DNA from: Candidatus Latescibacterota bacterium
GTDB taxonomy: Bacteria > Latescibacterota > UBA2968 > UBA8231
Direction of reading: 5' to 3'
Length of the DNA stretch: 64,000 nt
Assembly (NCBI GenBank): GCA_965219385.1
Contig: CBDCNM010000001.1
Location: 856,631-920,630 of the forward strand
The translations under genes and the position numbers were made by a program. Within the stretch, counting starts at the first letter, position 1, and the number at the start of each line of letters is the position of its first letter. This document shows, piece after piece, positions 1 to 9,901 of this stretch. Under the pieces are notes generated by a model. It was given only the letters and a program-made list of their open reading frames with translations. It did no database searches and was not told the origin of the DNA.

Positions 1-69
1 CCCTAACCTCAAGCCCTCATCCATCTTACACTATGAATATATGACGCAAGTGCCCTGCAAGATTCTCTT

Positions 70-169
70 GGTCGAGGTTTTCCAGGCGGTGCACGCATTC
101 GCCGGCGAAAGGCCCCAATTCGACGACATCACCTACCTGACGTTGCGCTACAGCGGGCGAGAGCCATGA
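70..169 (+). pseudogene. 3' fragment of PP2C/SpoIIE (RsbU-like) phosphatase
   Basis: Manual translation VFQAVHAFAGERPQFDDITYLTLRY* carries the C-terminal DDIT motif; stop overlaps the next ATG; upstream sequence does not look like the same gene. Confidence 0.65.
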
Positions 170-588
170 ACGCGAAACGATCCTTGCGCATTGCGACGGA
201 AATCGGCGAGTTGGCGCGGATTCACGCCGCGGTGGAGGAACTGGGGCAGGCCGCGGCTTGGCCGCCCGACCTCGTGTACCAGGTCAACCTCGTCCTCGAG
301 GAGTTGGCCGTCAACATTATCAACTATGGGCACGCCGGCGACCCGAGCCACGAGATCGAGGTCGTCTTGGCTTGGGAGGCGGACCGGCTCACCATCGAGA
401 TGGTGGACGACGCCCCGGCCTTCAATCTCCTGGACGACGCCCCCGAACCGGATTTGTCGTCGGCGCTGGAAGATCGTCGGGTGGGCGGTCTGGGCGTTTA
501 TCTGGTGCACACCTTGATGGACGAACTGCCCTACCGGCGCGAGGAGGGCCGCAACCACCTCACCCTGATTAAGCGGAGGAAGGGATGA
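166..588 (+). CDS. RsbW-like anti-sigma factor / serine kinase (HATPase_c_2)
   Basis: LEELAVNIINYG, DDAPAFN and RVGGLGVYLV motifs; 140 aa. Confidence 0.85.
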   Translation: MNAKRSLRIATEIGELARIHAAVEELGQAAAWPPDLVYQVNLVLEELAVNIINYGHAGDPSHEIEVVLAWEADRLTIEMVDDAPAFNLLDDAPEPDLSSALEDRRVGGLGVYLVHTLMDELPYRREEGRNHLTLIKRRKG

Positions 589-1748
589 GGGGCGTGGTCG
601 CCTTGCTCGCCGCGCTCGCTGCGGCTGTGGGGATTGGCGCCGAAGAGAGCGGCATCTCCGACCAGCGCATCCTCTTTGGCCAGTCCGCGGCCTTTAGCGG
701 TCCCGCCCAGGAACTGGGCAAGAATATGCGGCGCGGCATCCAGGCGGCCTTTGCGGAGGCCAATCGGCAAGGCGGTGTCCACGGCCGGCAGTTGGAACTG
801 CGGTCTCTCGACGACGCCTACGAACCCGAAGCCGCCATTGCCAACACCCGCCAACTGATCGAGCAGGAGGGGGTTTTTGCGCTGATCGGCGCCGTTGGCA
901 CGCCCACTTCTCGCTCGGCCACTCCCGTGGCCGCAGCCGTCGGCGTGCCCTACATCGCTCCCTTTACGGGTGCCGCCTTCCTGCGCCAGGCAAAGTGGCG
1001 CAACGTGATCAACCTGCGGGCCTCCTACGACCAGGAGACCGAGGCCATGGTCGCCCGCTTGACCGCGGACCTGGGCATTGAGCGCATCGCCGTGATGTAC
1101 CAGGACGACTCCTTTGGTCGGGCCGGGTACCGCGGGGCGCGGCAGGCGCTCGAGCGACGCGGCATGAAGCCGGTGGCAATCGGGGTGTACCCGCGCAATA
1201 CCACGGCGGTGAAGACGGCCCTGCTCGACCTGCGCAGCGCTACCCCCGACGCAGTGATCTTGGTCGGGGCCTACCAGCCGGTGGCGGCGCTGATCGCCTG
1301 GGCGCGGCACACGGGTTGGGAGCCCGTCTTCATAACCATCTCCTTTGTGGGCAGCAATGCGTTGGCCAGGAAACTCGGTCGCGCCGGCACCGGGGTTTTC
1401 GTCACCCAGGTGGTACCCTTTCCGACCAATGACACCCCCCCGGTCATCGCCTCCTACCGCCGAGCCCTAGCGGCCCACGCGCCCGAAGCCGCGCCCGGTT
1501 TTGTCTCCTTGGAAGGCTACTTGGCGGGTCGGTTGGCCATTGCCGCCCTCGAACGCTGCGGCCAAGAGGTCGATCGTGCTCGCTTTCTCGAGAGTTTGCG
1601 CGGCGCCGATCTCATCGACCTCGACGGCTTTGAACTCCGCTACGGCGCCGACGACAACCAGGGTTCGGACGCGGTCTTCCTCACCGCGATCGGCAACGAT
1701 GGCGCGTACCACCCCATCAATACGCTGCGGGAGGCGATGCAGCCATGA
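585..1748 (+). CDS. Periplasmic ligand-binding protein (branched-chain amino acid ABC SBP-like)
   Basis: Signal peptide; GQSAAFSGP, GGVHGR, LDDAYEP, GAVGTPT motifs. Confidence 0.85.
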   Translation: MRGVVALLAALAAAVGIGAEESGISDQRILFGQSAAFSGPAQELGKNMRRGIQAAFAEANRQGGVHGRQLELRSLDDAYEPEAAIANTRQLIEQEGVFALIGAVGTPTSRSATPVAAAVGVPYIAPFTGAAFLRQAKWRNVINLRASYDQETEAMVARLTADLGIERIAVMYQDDSFGRAGYRGARQALERRGMKPVAIGVYPRNTTAVKTALLDLRSATPDAVILVGAYQPVAALIAWARHTGWEPVFITISFVGSNALARKLGRAGTGVFVTQVVPFPTNDTPPVIASYRRALAAHAPEAAPGFVSLEGYLAGRLAIAALERCGQEVDRARFLESLRGADLIDLDGFELRYGADDNQGSDAVFLTAIGNDGAYHPINTLREAMQP

Positions 1749-3886
1749 CTGGCCTACTGAAACGCCTGCTCGAGGGCCGCTTCCGCATCTCGGCGCAACT
1801 CTACTTGGGCATCGGCGGTGCCGTCGTCCTCACCATGGGCGCGAGCCTGGTCGGCTGGTTCTCCTTCAACGAGGTGGGCGATGCCCAGCGCCGCGTCAAC
1901 GAGGACAGCGTCCCAGAGATGGCGGCCGCTTTCGGAGTCGCTCAGCAAAGCGGCACCCTGACCGCGGCGGCCCCGCGCCTGACAGCCGCGTCCACACCGG
2001 AGGATCTTGCCCGGGTCGCCGCGGAAATCGCCGCGGAGCGGGATGCCTTCAAAGCGCAGTTAGCGGCCCTGACGCAGCAAGGCGGCGAAGAGGAGCGCTT
2101 CGTGCGCATTCGCGGCCATGGCAACGCGCTGATTGCGAACATCGCGGCCATTGAGAGTTCGGTGGCCGAGCGTTTTGCGCTGAGTGCTCGCAGCGAAGCG
2201 CTGCGCGCGGAACTGGCCGAGGTGCGCAGCGAGTTGGATGGCATCTTGGTTCCGGCCATTGACGACCAGTTGTTCTACGCCATGACCGGCTACCGGACCC
2301 TCGGCGAAGCACCAGCCCCGCGCGAGCGCCACTTCTCGGCCGCGGAGTTCGACCGCTATCGCCACTTGGCCGAGTTGCAGGCGGACGCCACCATTGCCAT
2401 CCAGCTTCTCGCCAGCGCCTTCAACCTTTCGGACGCGCCCCTGATCGAGCCCCTGCGGGAGCGCTTTGAAGCCGCGGCGGGCAGGATCGAGCGGAGACGG
2501 TCGGTGTTCGGAGCGGCCCCCTCGCACGACCGAATCGCCCAGGCCTTTGAGCGGCTGTTCCAGTTGGGTCTGGGCGAGGAGAGCGGCTTTAATCTGCGCA
2601 CCCGCGAACTCAAGCTGGCCGCGCGCCAGCGGAATTTGCTCGCCCGCAATCGCAGCCTCGCCATCGACTTGGTAGCCGAGGTCGAGGGCTTGGTGAGCGC
2701 GGCCCGCATGAGCGCCGAGGAAGCTACCAACGCTTCCACCGAGGCGATCCTCACCGGACGCCGCCTGCTGCTGGCGCTGAACGTGGTCAGTATTGTCGGG
2801 GCCGTGCTAATCGCCTATCTGTTCGTCGGCCGGGTGCTGTTGCGCCGCCTCGAACGGCTGTCGGATCGGATGCGCGGCATGGCCAGCGGCGACTTGGAGA
2901 CCGAGGTCGATATTGGCGGCCGCGACGAGGTCGCCGACATGGCCTCGGCGCTCGAAGTCTTCCGCCGCCACGCTCTCGAGGTGCAGCGCCTGAACCTGGT
3001 GGAGAAGCTGGCCGAAGAGTTGCAGGGCAAAAACGACCAACTCGAAAGTGTGCTGGCCGACTTGCGCCGGGCCCAGGACCAGATCGTCATGCGCGAGAAA
3101 CTGGCGGCCCTCGGCGAACTCACCGCGGGCGTGGCCCATGAGATCAAGAACCCGCTGAACTTTGTGAAGAATTTCTCGGAGGTCTCGACGGAACTGTTGG
3201 AGGAATTGCAGGAAGTCCTCCGCGAGAGCGAAGGGCAGTTGGGCGAGGAACCACGCGAGTTGATTGACGAGATCTGCGGCGATCTCACCGGAAACCTCCA
3301 GCGCATCTGCGAACACGGCGAGCGCGCCAACGCGATTGTACATGCTATGCTGACAATGGGGCGGGGCGGGGGCGAGCGGCAGCTCACCGACATCAACCGC
3401 CTGCTCAACGAACACGCTCGGCTCGCCTACCACAGCGCCCGGGCGACCGACCCGAATTTCAACCTGACTATTGAGGAAGATTTCGACCCGGAGGTGGGCC
3501 CGATCAAGATCGTGCCGCAGGATATGGGCCGCGTCTTCCTCAATATGGTGAGCAACGCCTGCCACGCCACCGACGAGAAACGGCGCGCCGGCGAGGACGG
3601 GGAGGACTACAAACCGACCCTGTCAATGGCCACCCGGCGCCTCGATGATCGGGTCGAGATCCGCATACGGGACAACGGTAGCGGGATTCCGCCCGAGGTC
3701 ATCGATAAAATTTTCAACCCGTTTTTTACCACCAAGCCGACGGATCAGGGCACCGGCCTCGGCCTTGCGTTGTCCAACGATATCGTGCGCGAACACGGCG
3801 GCACCATCCGGGTCGAGTCCGAATCCGGCCAGTTCACCGAAATGATTGTCGAACTGTCCCTGGTGCCGCCCTCTCACCTCAATTAG
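1745..3886 (+). CDS. Sensor histidine kinase with TorS-like periplasmic domain and HAMP
   Basis: Two TM segments, HAMP (GRDEVADMA), H-box AHEIKNPLN, N/G/F boxes (DNGSGI, FNPFFTTK, GTGLGL). Confidence 0.9.
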   Translation: MTGLLKRLLEGRFRISAQLYLGIGGAVVLTMGASLVGWFSFNEVGDAQRRVNEDSVPEMAAAFGVAQQSGTLTAAAPRLTAASTPEDLARVAAEIAAERDAFKAQLAALTQQGGEEERFVRIRGHGNALIANIAAIESSVAERFALSARSEALRAELAEVRSELDGILVPAIDDQLFYAMTGYRTLGEAPAPRERHFSAAEFDRYRHLAELQADATIAIQLLASAFNLSDAPLIEPLRERFEAAAGRIERRRSVFGAAPSHDRIAQAFERLFQLGLGEESGFNLRTRELKLAARQRNLLARNRSLAIDLVAEVEGLVSAARMSAEEATNASTEAILTGRRLLLALNVVSIVGAVLIAYLFVGRVLLRRLERLSDRMRGMASGDLETEVDIGGRDEVADMASALEVFRRHALEVQRLNLVEKLAEELQGKNDQLESVLADLRRAQDQIVMREKLAALGELTAGVAHEIKNPLNFVKNFSEVSTELLEELQEVLRESEGQLGEEPRELIDEICGDLTGNLQRICEHGERANAIVHAMLTMGRGGGERQLTDINRLLNEHARLAYHSARATDPNFNLTIEEDFDPEVGPIKIVPQDMGRVFLNMVSNACHATDEKRRAGEDGEDYKPTLSMATRRLDDRVEIRIRDNGSGIPPEVIDKIFNPFFTTKPTDQGTGLGLALSNDIVREHGGTIRVESESGQFTEMIVELSLVPPSHLN

Positions 3887-3896
3887 GAGACTAGCC

Positions 3897-5282
3897 ATGC
3901 GAAGATTCACCAACGTCTTTTTGCACCAAGGCCACGGCGGCACCCTGGCGGGAAAGATACTCGTGGTGCTCGGCTTTCTGGCCTGCGCTACGACCGCCGC
4001 ACACGCGGCCGTTGACGAAGAAACCTTGTTCGTCTTCAACACCTTCTCGTTCCTCATTTGGGGCGCGCTGGTGATGTGGATGTGCGCCGGATTCACCATG
4101 CTCGAGTCCGGTTCGGTGCGCACCAAAAACGCCTCCATGATCTGCCTCAAGAACATCGGCCTCTACGCGATTGCCGGGCTCGCTTACTACTTCATCGGCT
4201 ACAACCTCATGTACGTTGATGTGGGGAAAGTGATCGGCTCGTTCTCCTTCCTCTACGGACCGTCGCCCGATGACCTCGCCCTAGTGGCGGGCAATGAGGA
4301 CGCCAAGGCGGCTGTGATCAAGAGCGGCTACTCCACCATGTCCAACTGGTTTTTCCAGATGGTCTTTGTGGCGACCACCGCCTCCATCGTCTCCGGCACC
4401 TTGGCCGAACGGGTCAAGATGTGGCCGTTCTTCCTCTTCATCTTGGTGCTGACCGCGATCATCTACCCCATCGTCGGCGCGTGGACGTGGGGCGGTGGGT
4501 GGCTGACTGAGATGGGTTTCAAGGATTTTGCCGGATCGACCATCGTGCATAGCACCGGTGGCTGGGCCGCGCTGGCCGGCGCCTTGGTCGTCGGGCCGCG
4601 GCTGGGCAAATTCCGCCGCGACGGCACGATCAAGTCCACGCCGCCCTCCAATATCTTGGTGGTGACGCTGGGCGTCTTCATTCTGTGGTTCGGTTGGTTC
4701 GGCTTCAACGGCGGCTCGCAGTTGGCCCTGGGGAGCGCGGCCGACGTGGTGGCAATGAGTCATGTGCTGGTCAACACCAACCTGGCGGCTGCGGCCGGCG
4801 TCATGGCCGCCTTAGCCTGCTCGCGGCCCATCCTCGGGCGCACAGACCTGTTCGCCGGCCTGAACGGCGCCATCGCGGGTCTGGTCTCGATTACCGCTGG
4901 TCCCGATATCGTCGAGCACTACTGGGCGGTCATTATCGGCGCCATCGGCGGCATTTTGTGCACCGCCGGGATCAAGTTCCTGGAGAAGGTCAAGTTGGAC
5001 GACGTAGTCGGGGCGGTGCCCGCCCACCTGTTCGCCGGTATCTGGGGCACCCTGGCGGTCTGCATAGTCGGCGGCGGCAACCTAGGCGTGCAGTTGCTCG
5101 GCATGGCGGCGATTGGCGTGTTCGCGTTCGGTGCCTCGTGGCTGCTGTGGCGCGTGCTGGCCATGACGCTCGGCGTCCGGGTGTCGCGCCAGGTCGAGCA
5201 ACTGGGTCAAGACGTCGCAGAATTGGGAATTGACGCCTACCCCGAATTCGTGCTCATGCCAGAAGCAGACGACGAGAGTTGA
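3897..5282 (+). CDS. amt: Ammonium transporter (Amt family)
   Basis: FFQMVF, DFAGSTIVH, WFGWFGFNGGS, DDVVGAVPAH (twin His); RBS AGGAG before ATG 3897. Confidence 0.95.
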   Translation: MRRFTNVFLHQGHGGTLAGKILVVLGFLACATTAAHAAVDEETLFVFNTFSFLIWGALVMWMCAGFTMLESGSVRTKNASMICLKNIGLYAIAGLAYYFIGYNLMYVDVGKVIGSFSFLYGPSPDDLALVAGNEDAKAAVIKSGYSTMSNWFFQMVFVATTASIVSGTLAERVKMWPFFLFILVLTAIIYPIVGAWTWGGGWLTEMGFKDFAGSTIVHSTGGWAALAGALVVGPRLGKFRRDGTIKSTPPSNILVVTLGVFILWFGWFGFNGGSQLALGSAADVVAMSHVLVNTNLAAAAGVMAALACSRPILGRTDLFAGLNGAIAGLVSITAGPDIVEHYWAVIIGAIGGILCTAGIKFLEKVKLDDVVGAVPAHLFAGIWGTLAVCIVGGGNLGVQLLGMAAIGVFAFGASWLLWRVLAMTLGVRVSRQVEQLGQDVAELGIDAYPEFVLMPEADDES

Positions 5283-5436
5283 CCTGGAAACGCTAGCACG
5301 CAACGCACAGAGTCTCTATTGGATGGGCCGTTATCTGGAGCGCGCGGAGCATCTTTGCCACCTGCTGCAATTGCAGGCCGGCGCGCTGGTGGATCGGTCC
5401 ATCCGAGAGCTCTATTTCGGCTGGAGCCGCTTGTGA
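5279..5436 (+). pseudogene. Truncated alpha-E (DUF403) protein, N-terminus only
   Basis: SLYWMGRYLERAE motif followed by a stop after about 50 aa. Confidence 0.7.
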
Positions 5437-5511
5437 CAGCGCTTTCCCGAGGCGTTCACCGAGGGGAAGGTCGATTTTGAGGTGTTCAATCAGCTTCTGG
5501 GCGGTGAAGTA
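5437..5511 (+). pseudogene. Short remnant resembling the N-terminus of a type III R-M Mod methyltransferase
   Basis: Manual translation QRFPEAFTEGKVDFEVFNQLLGGEV resembles the Mod FPEAFTEGKIDFxxLxQLLG motif; followed by an IS5-like end TTCTAGACGGCTTC ending at 5547. Confidence 0.55.
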
Positions 5512-5558
5512 CAGGGACTATATGTCCAAAAATTTCTAGACGGCTTCTACAACCAACG

Positions 5559-7112
5559 TCAGGGGGCGATCAGCCCTGCGGTCTCCGGGCCGCTCATCTC
5601 CAGGTGGTAACAAGCCGCTTCCAGATGGTTGCGCACCAGCAGATAGGGCGGGGCCAGGGCCGGGTTGTTCCAGGTCTTGCCCTGCAGGACGGTCATGCGG
5701 GCCACTTCGGCAAAAGCTTCGGGCCGGGCCCGCACCAAGGCCAGATCGCCGTTTTCGGCCTGGATGAGGAGCAAGTCGTCGACCAGAATGAGCTGGCCGT
5801 GGCCGTAGCGGCCCCGTTTCCAGCGGCGGCTGCCGTCCCGCAGGTCAATGCAAGTCAAGATGCCGTCGTCGAGGCCGTAGACAAAGCCCTGGTCGTGCAC
5901 CACGTTAGTGAACTTGGCCTTGAGGCGGATCGATTCCCACACCACAGCCGGTTGCAAGTCGCCGCGGCTTGTGCGGTCCAAAAAGAACAGCTTGCTGCCG
6001 ACGCCGTACCCGCTGCTGACCAATAGGCGGTCCCCGGGCAGGGGGACGGGTTGGGCCACGCAGGGGTGTTGCGAGGGCCACTCCTGCTCCCAGAGGAGGG
6101 CGCCGCTGCCGGGATCGTGGCCGGCCACGGTGCTGCTGTTGAAAATGACGATCTGCGGGGTATCGGCCAGGGTGGCCAGGGTGGGCGAGCTGTACCCGGC
6201 CCTGGTCTGGCCCCCGCCCCAGATAAAAGCGCCGGTATCCCGATGATAGGCCACTAGCGAGCGGTTTTTCGGCCCTCCGGCGCTTACTACGACTAAAGTG
6301 TCGAGCAATAGAGGCGAGCCACTCAGGCCCCAATGCGGGGCCTGAGCGTCGTTTTCAGCCACTATATCGCGCTGCCAGAGAAGGGCGCCGCTCGCCAGGT
6401 CGAGGCAGTTGAGCAGACCGGTGGCGCCCACGGTGTACACGCGGCCGCGGTCCAGGGTCGGGGTGGCCCGGGGGCCAATGCCGCCTTGGGGGGTTTGGTA
6501 GCGGGTGCTGTCGGAGTGGGTCCACAGTATTTGGCCGGTCCCCAGGTCGTAGCAGACGACTTGTTCCAGGGGACCGGCCTGTTCCTGGGTGACGGCCCGG
6601 GGGCCGAGCACGGCAAAGGCCGACCAGGCCGGTCCCACCGAACGCTTCCACAGCAGGGTCGGCGGCCGCGCTTTCCAATCGGGATCGAGGTGGTACCCGG
6701 ACAGGACGGCGTTGCGTTGGGGGCCCAGGAATTGAGGGTAGGGTGCGCCGGCGGTGATGCTGTTGGCACTGCCGCCGTCGAGGAAGGTATCCTCCGGGTT
6801 GGGGCTCCAGTTGAGGATGGGCACCATATCGCCGGTAAAGCCGACGACGTGCAATTGGCCCAGGCCAAGGGCCAGTGCGAGGAAGACCGCCAGGATGCCC
6901 AGGCGCCAGCGCCAGGCCAGGCGCGAGAAAGCCAGCAGCCATACCAGGCCGAGCAATCCCGTCAGTACGAAAACCGCACCGGTTTGCATATATTGGTCTT
7001 GGCGGTTGTCCTGGTCGGGCAGCCAGATGGCTACCAGGGCGAGCAGGAGCAGGAGGGCCAGGAGGGCGACTGGCCACCAGCGCGGGGTGGGGCGCGGGGG
7101 AAGTTGGCTCAC
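5559..7112 (-). CDS. Membrane-anchored PQQ-binding-like beta-propeller protein
   Basis: YPQFLGPQRN, GPRATP, GSPLL, YSSP and WNNPAL repeats; N-terminal TM helices; GTG start at 7112 inferred. Confidence 0.85.
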   Translation of the reverse strand: MSQLPPRPTPRWWPVALLALLLLLALVAIWLPDQDNRQDQYMQTGAVFVLTGLLGLVWLLAFSRLAWRWRLGILAVFLALALGLGQLHVVGFTGDMVPILNWSPNPEDTFLDGGSANSITAGAPYPQFLGPQRNAVLSGYHLDPDWKARPPTLLWKRSVGPAWSAFAVLGPRAVTQEQAGPLEQVVCYDLGTGQILWTHSDSTRYQTPQGGIGPRATPTLDRGRVYTVGATGLLNCLDLASGALLWQRDIVAENDAQAPHWGLSGSPLLLDTLVVVSAGGPKNRSLVAYHRDTGAFIWGGGQTRAGYSSPTLATLADTPQIVIFNSSTVAGHDPGSGALLWEQEWPSQHPCVAQPVPLPGDRLLVSSGYGVGSKLFFLDRTSRGDLQPAVVWESIRLKAKFTNVVHDQGFVYGLDDGILTCIDLRDGSRRWKRGRYGHGQLILVDDLLLIQAENGDLALVRARPEAFAEVARMTVLQGKTWNNPALAPPYLLVRNHLEAACYHLEMSGPETAGLIAP

Positions 7113-7176
7113 GGCGTTTCCTTTCTCAGCGCCAGGCGTGCCTGGGGTAGCGGCGCTCAAGTTCTTTTTTCACTTC

Positions 7177-8331
7177 CTACGAACCGAGGAATTGGCGGTA
7201 ACAGGCCACCAGACGCTCGGTGGCCCTGGCCTCGGTATAGTGCTTCGCGATGTGGGCCCGTCCGGCCTCGCCCAGTCGGCGGCGACGCTGGTCGTCGGCC
7301 AGCAGGCCGGCCACGCCCTGGACAAAGCTATCGACATCTTTGAGGTCGAACAAGACCCCGGTGGCGCCTGGGTCAATGACCTCGCGACAGCCGCGGATAT
7401 TGCTGGCGGCCATGGCCGTGCCCATGGCTCCGGCCTCCAACAGGGCCCGTGGAATGCCCTCGCGGTACGAGGGCAGGACAGCCACATCCATACTCAAGTA
7501 CAATTCGGGCATATCCGAGCGCTTTTCCAACAGCACGCAGCGGTCGGCCACCCCATTGGCCGCCAGCAGGGCGCGGATATCGACCGCGTCGGATTGGTCC
7601 TCTTCGGTAATGCCCACCACCAGGAAGCGCGCCCGGGCGAATTGAGGGGCGATGCGCCCGGCCATTTGGAAGAATTCGCCCCAGCCCTTCTCGCGCACCA
7701 GCCGTCCCACCATGCCCACCACCAGATCATCGGGGGCCAGGCCCAGCTCGCGGCGCTTGTCCTGCCGGGCCCCAGGGTACAGGGCCCGGTCAAAGCGGCG
7801 CTCGTCAATGCCGCTGCCAATCCAGTGCAGCCGCTCGGGCTTTTTGTACTGGTGGCGCAGGGCGTAGTCGTAGTCTTGGCGGCTTTGAAAGAGCAAGTGG
7901 TCGCACCAGCCGGCGCACCAGCGCTCGGCCCCTTTGGCGGCCAACTGGTGCAAGCCGGTGCTGTTCTCGTTGAAAAGGAAGCCGTATACAGTGTGGGCGA
8001 CCACGGGCAAGCGCGCCAGTTGGCCCAGGGGGGGGCCGAGCAGGGTGCCCTTGGGATTGTGCGAATGGACCATGTCGTAGTCGCCCTGGCGCAGGGCCCG
8101 GTACAGGGCCGCGGCGCAGCTCAGGTCGGTCCACAAATCGAGTTCGCGGGCAAAGGGAATGTGCTCTACTTGGAGACCGCCGGCAGCCAGCTGCGGCCCA
8201 TAGCCCCGGTCGCCGCAAATTACCCGCAAGTCAAACCCGGCCTCCTGGAGGCGCAGCAGGCGGGTGCGCATGAGGTAGGCAATGTGGTCGGTGGGTATGA
8301 TATGGGCTACCCGGGGACGATAGGCGGCCAT
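7177..8331 (-). CDS. Glycosyltransferase family 4
   Basis: HSHNPK, VGRLVREKG, LPSYREGIPRALLEAGAMG; start trimmed to MAAYRPRVAHI. Confidence 0.9.
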   Translation of the reverse strand: MAAYRPRVAHIIPTDHIAYLMRTRLLRLQEAGFDLRVICGDRGYGPQLAAGGLQVEHIPFARELDLWTDLSCAAALYRALRQGDYDMVHSHNPKGTLLGPPLGQLARLPVVAHTVYGFLFNENSTGLHQLAAKGAERWCAGWCDHLLFQSRQDYDYALRHQYKKPERLHWIGSGIDERRFDRALYPGARQDKRRELGLAPDDLVVGMVGRLVREKGWGEFFQMAGRIAPQFARARFLVVGITEEDQSDAVDIRALLAANGVADRCVLLEKRSDMPELYLSMDVAVLPSYREGIPRALLEAGAMGTAMAASNIRGCREVIDPGATGVLFDLKDVDSFVQGVAGLLADDQRRRRLGEAGRAHIAKHYTEARATERLVACYRQFLGS

Positions 8332-8394
8332 ATTTGCGAAAATCTCGCAGGATGCCCCGTCCTTGAAACGGGGATGAATGCGGGCGGTGCAGGG

Positions 8395-8470
8395 CTTGGC
8401 CAGGGCCGCCGACAGTCGGTCGATATCAGCGGCGGTATTGTACCCGTGCACGACAATGCGCCGGCGACGG
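8395..8470 (-). pseudogene. Possible C-terminal remnant of a class V aminotransferase
   Basis: RIVVHGYNTAADIDRLSAAL resembles the RxSxHxYNTxxDIDRL terminal motif. Confidence 0.4.
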
Positions 8471-8515
8471 TACCTGGTCGGGCAGGGCTCAAGCAAGGGG
8501 GCAGCCCCGACCCTC

Positions 8516-9634
8516 TTAGGGCAACTGCATGATCTCCACGCGGCGGTTGAGACGGCGCCCCGCCGCCGTGGCATTCGAACCGACCGGTTCGCTCTCGCCC
8601 TTGGAATCGAGCCGCAAGCGCTCCGCGGCGATCCCGTGCCCGACCAGATACTGCTTGACCGCCTGGACGCGCTTGAGGCCCAACCGGGTATTGTAGCCGA
8701 CCGAGCCGCTACTATCGGTGTGGCCGCGCAGGAGCAAGGCCACCTCCGGGCGCTCCCGCAACGCCTGGAGGACGTCGGCCAGGATCTGCTGGGTCGGGGC
8801 AGACAGTTGGGCCGAATCCAACTCGAACAGGACCTTGGCCGGCCTCATGGGCGGGGGCATGGAAACGGCCAGGGCGGGCGCCTCGTCCATCTCCGCTTCT
8901 ACCGGAGCCTCCTCGGGCGCACGACCCGCCGCCGGCTCGACCGGGGGTGGGGGAACTTGCTTTTTGTCTTGGGCCGTATCCATCTGCACGACGGGGGGGA
9001 CTGAGGCCGGTCGGCGGGGCGAAGGGCCGCCAAAGCGGCCCAGGGTCAGCCCGATCGTCCCGTGCCACATGGCGTCGTTGCCGCCCTCCTCGACCGCATT
9101 GATCCCGTCGCCCAGGGCCAGGGTATAGCCGCCCGCCACTTCCAGGGCCACATGGTCGGACAGCACATATTGGAGCCCGGTAGCCAACGGGAGCATGGGC
9201 ACGGCGCCGATGCCCTCCAGGCCGGGCGTGCGCAAGGGCGAAACCTGGGGCTGATCCCAATCGTAGCGCAGCAGGCCGACCCCCCCCGATAGATACAGAT
9301 GCCACTGCCGGTGGACCAGCGGGCTGAACAGCACGCGGCCACTGACCATGCCCACATCGGTGCCCGAGTCCGTCGCATTGAGCCGCTCGTAGCCCCCGTT
9401 CACTTCGACTTGCCAGTGGGGCAGCAGGGCGCGCCGCACATAGACCGAGCCGCGGAGGTTGAGTTGATCCTCTAACTCGGTGTTGGGCAACAGGCCGCCC
9501 ACATTGCCGCCGATGGAGAAGCCCGTGGGGGGCTGGGGGTCGGCTGGGGCGGAGGCGGGTGGGGCGGTTAGCCCTGCGGCGATGAGGGCGAGTAGCGCGA
9601 ATGCGAAGGGGGGGGGGAATGAGGTGGTTTTCAT
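8516..9634 (-). CDS. OmpA-family protein (beta-barrel, Pro-rich linker, peptidoglycan-binding domain)
   Basis: FELDSAQL, GHTDSSGSVGYN, RRLNRRVEI; signal peptide. Confidence 0.9.
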   Translation of the reverse strand: MKTTSFPPPFAFALLALIAAGLTAPPASAPADPQPPTGFSIGGNVGGLLPNTELEDQLNLRGSVYVRRALLPHWQVEVNGGYERLNATDSGTDVGMVSGRVLFSPLVHRQWHLYLSGGVGLLRYDWDQPQVSPLRTPGLEGIGAVPMLPLATGLQYVLSDHVALEVAGGYTLALGDGINAVEEGGNDAMWHGTIGLTLGRFGGPSPRRPASVPPVVQMDTAQDKKQVPPPPVEPAAGRAPEEAPVEAEMDEAPALAVSMPPPMRPAKVLFELDSAQLSAPTQQILADVLQALRERPEVALLLRGHTDSSGSVGYNTRLGLKRVQAVKQYLVGHGIAAERLRLDSKGESEPVGSNATAAGRRLNRRVEIMQLP

Positions 9635-9901
9635 AGCTATTCTCCTCGTAGGAGGTGTTAGGTAGGCCTCGAAAGCTAAATGTAGTCTTTAACCTCGGCG
9701 GCGGCAAGGGCTGAGCGCGGCCCACACCTCACATTGTTATTTTTACTAATTCCAATACCTTTTCATTTTTGATATAATTCATTTATTTACAATATGTTAT
9801 ATCCTAATACCTCAAAGTCCAGTAGAACCAGGTATTTTTAAGAAGCCTACGAATCTCCACCTCTCGGGCGATGACCAGGTAACCGTGACCTGGTCTGAAA
9901 G

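Noticed and set aside
6754..8532. 592-aa plus-strand ORF and similar long antisense ORFs (17881-19284, 59111-60475)
   Set aside because: Shadow frames of well-supported opposite-strand genes in GC-rich DNA
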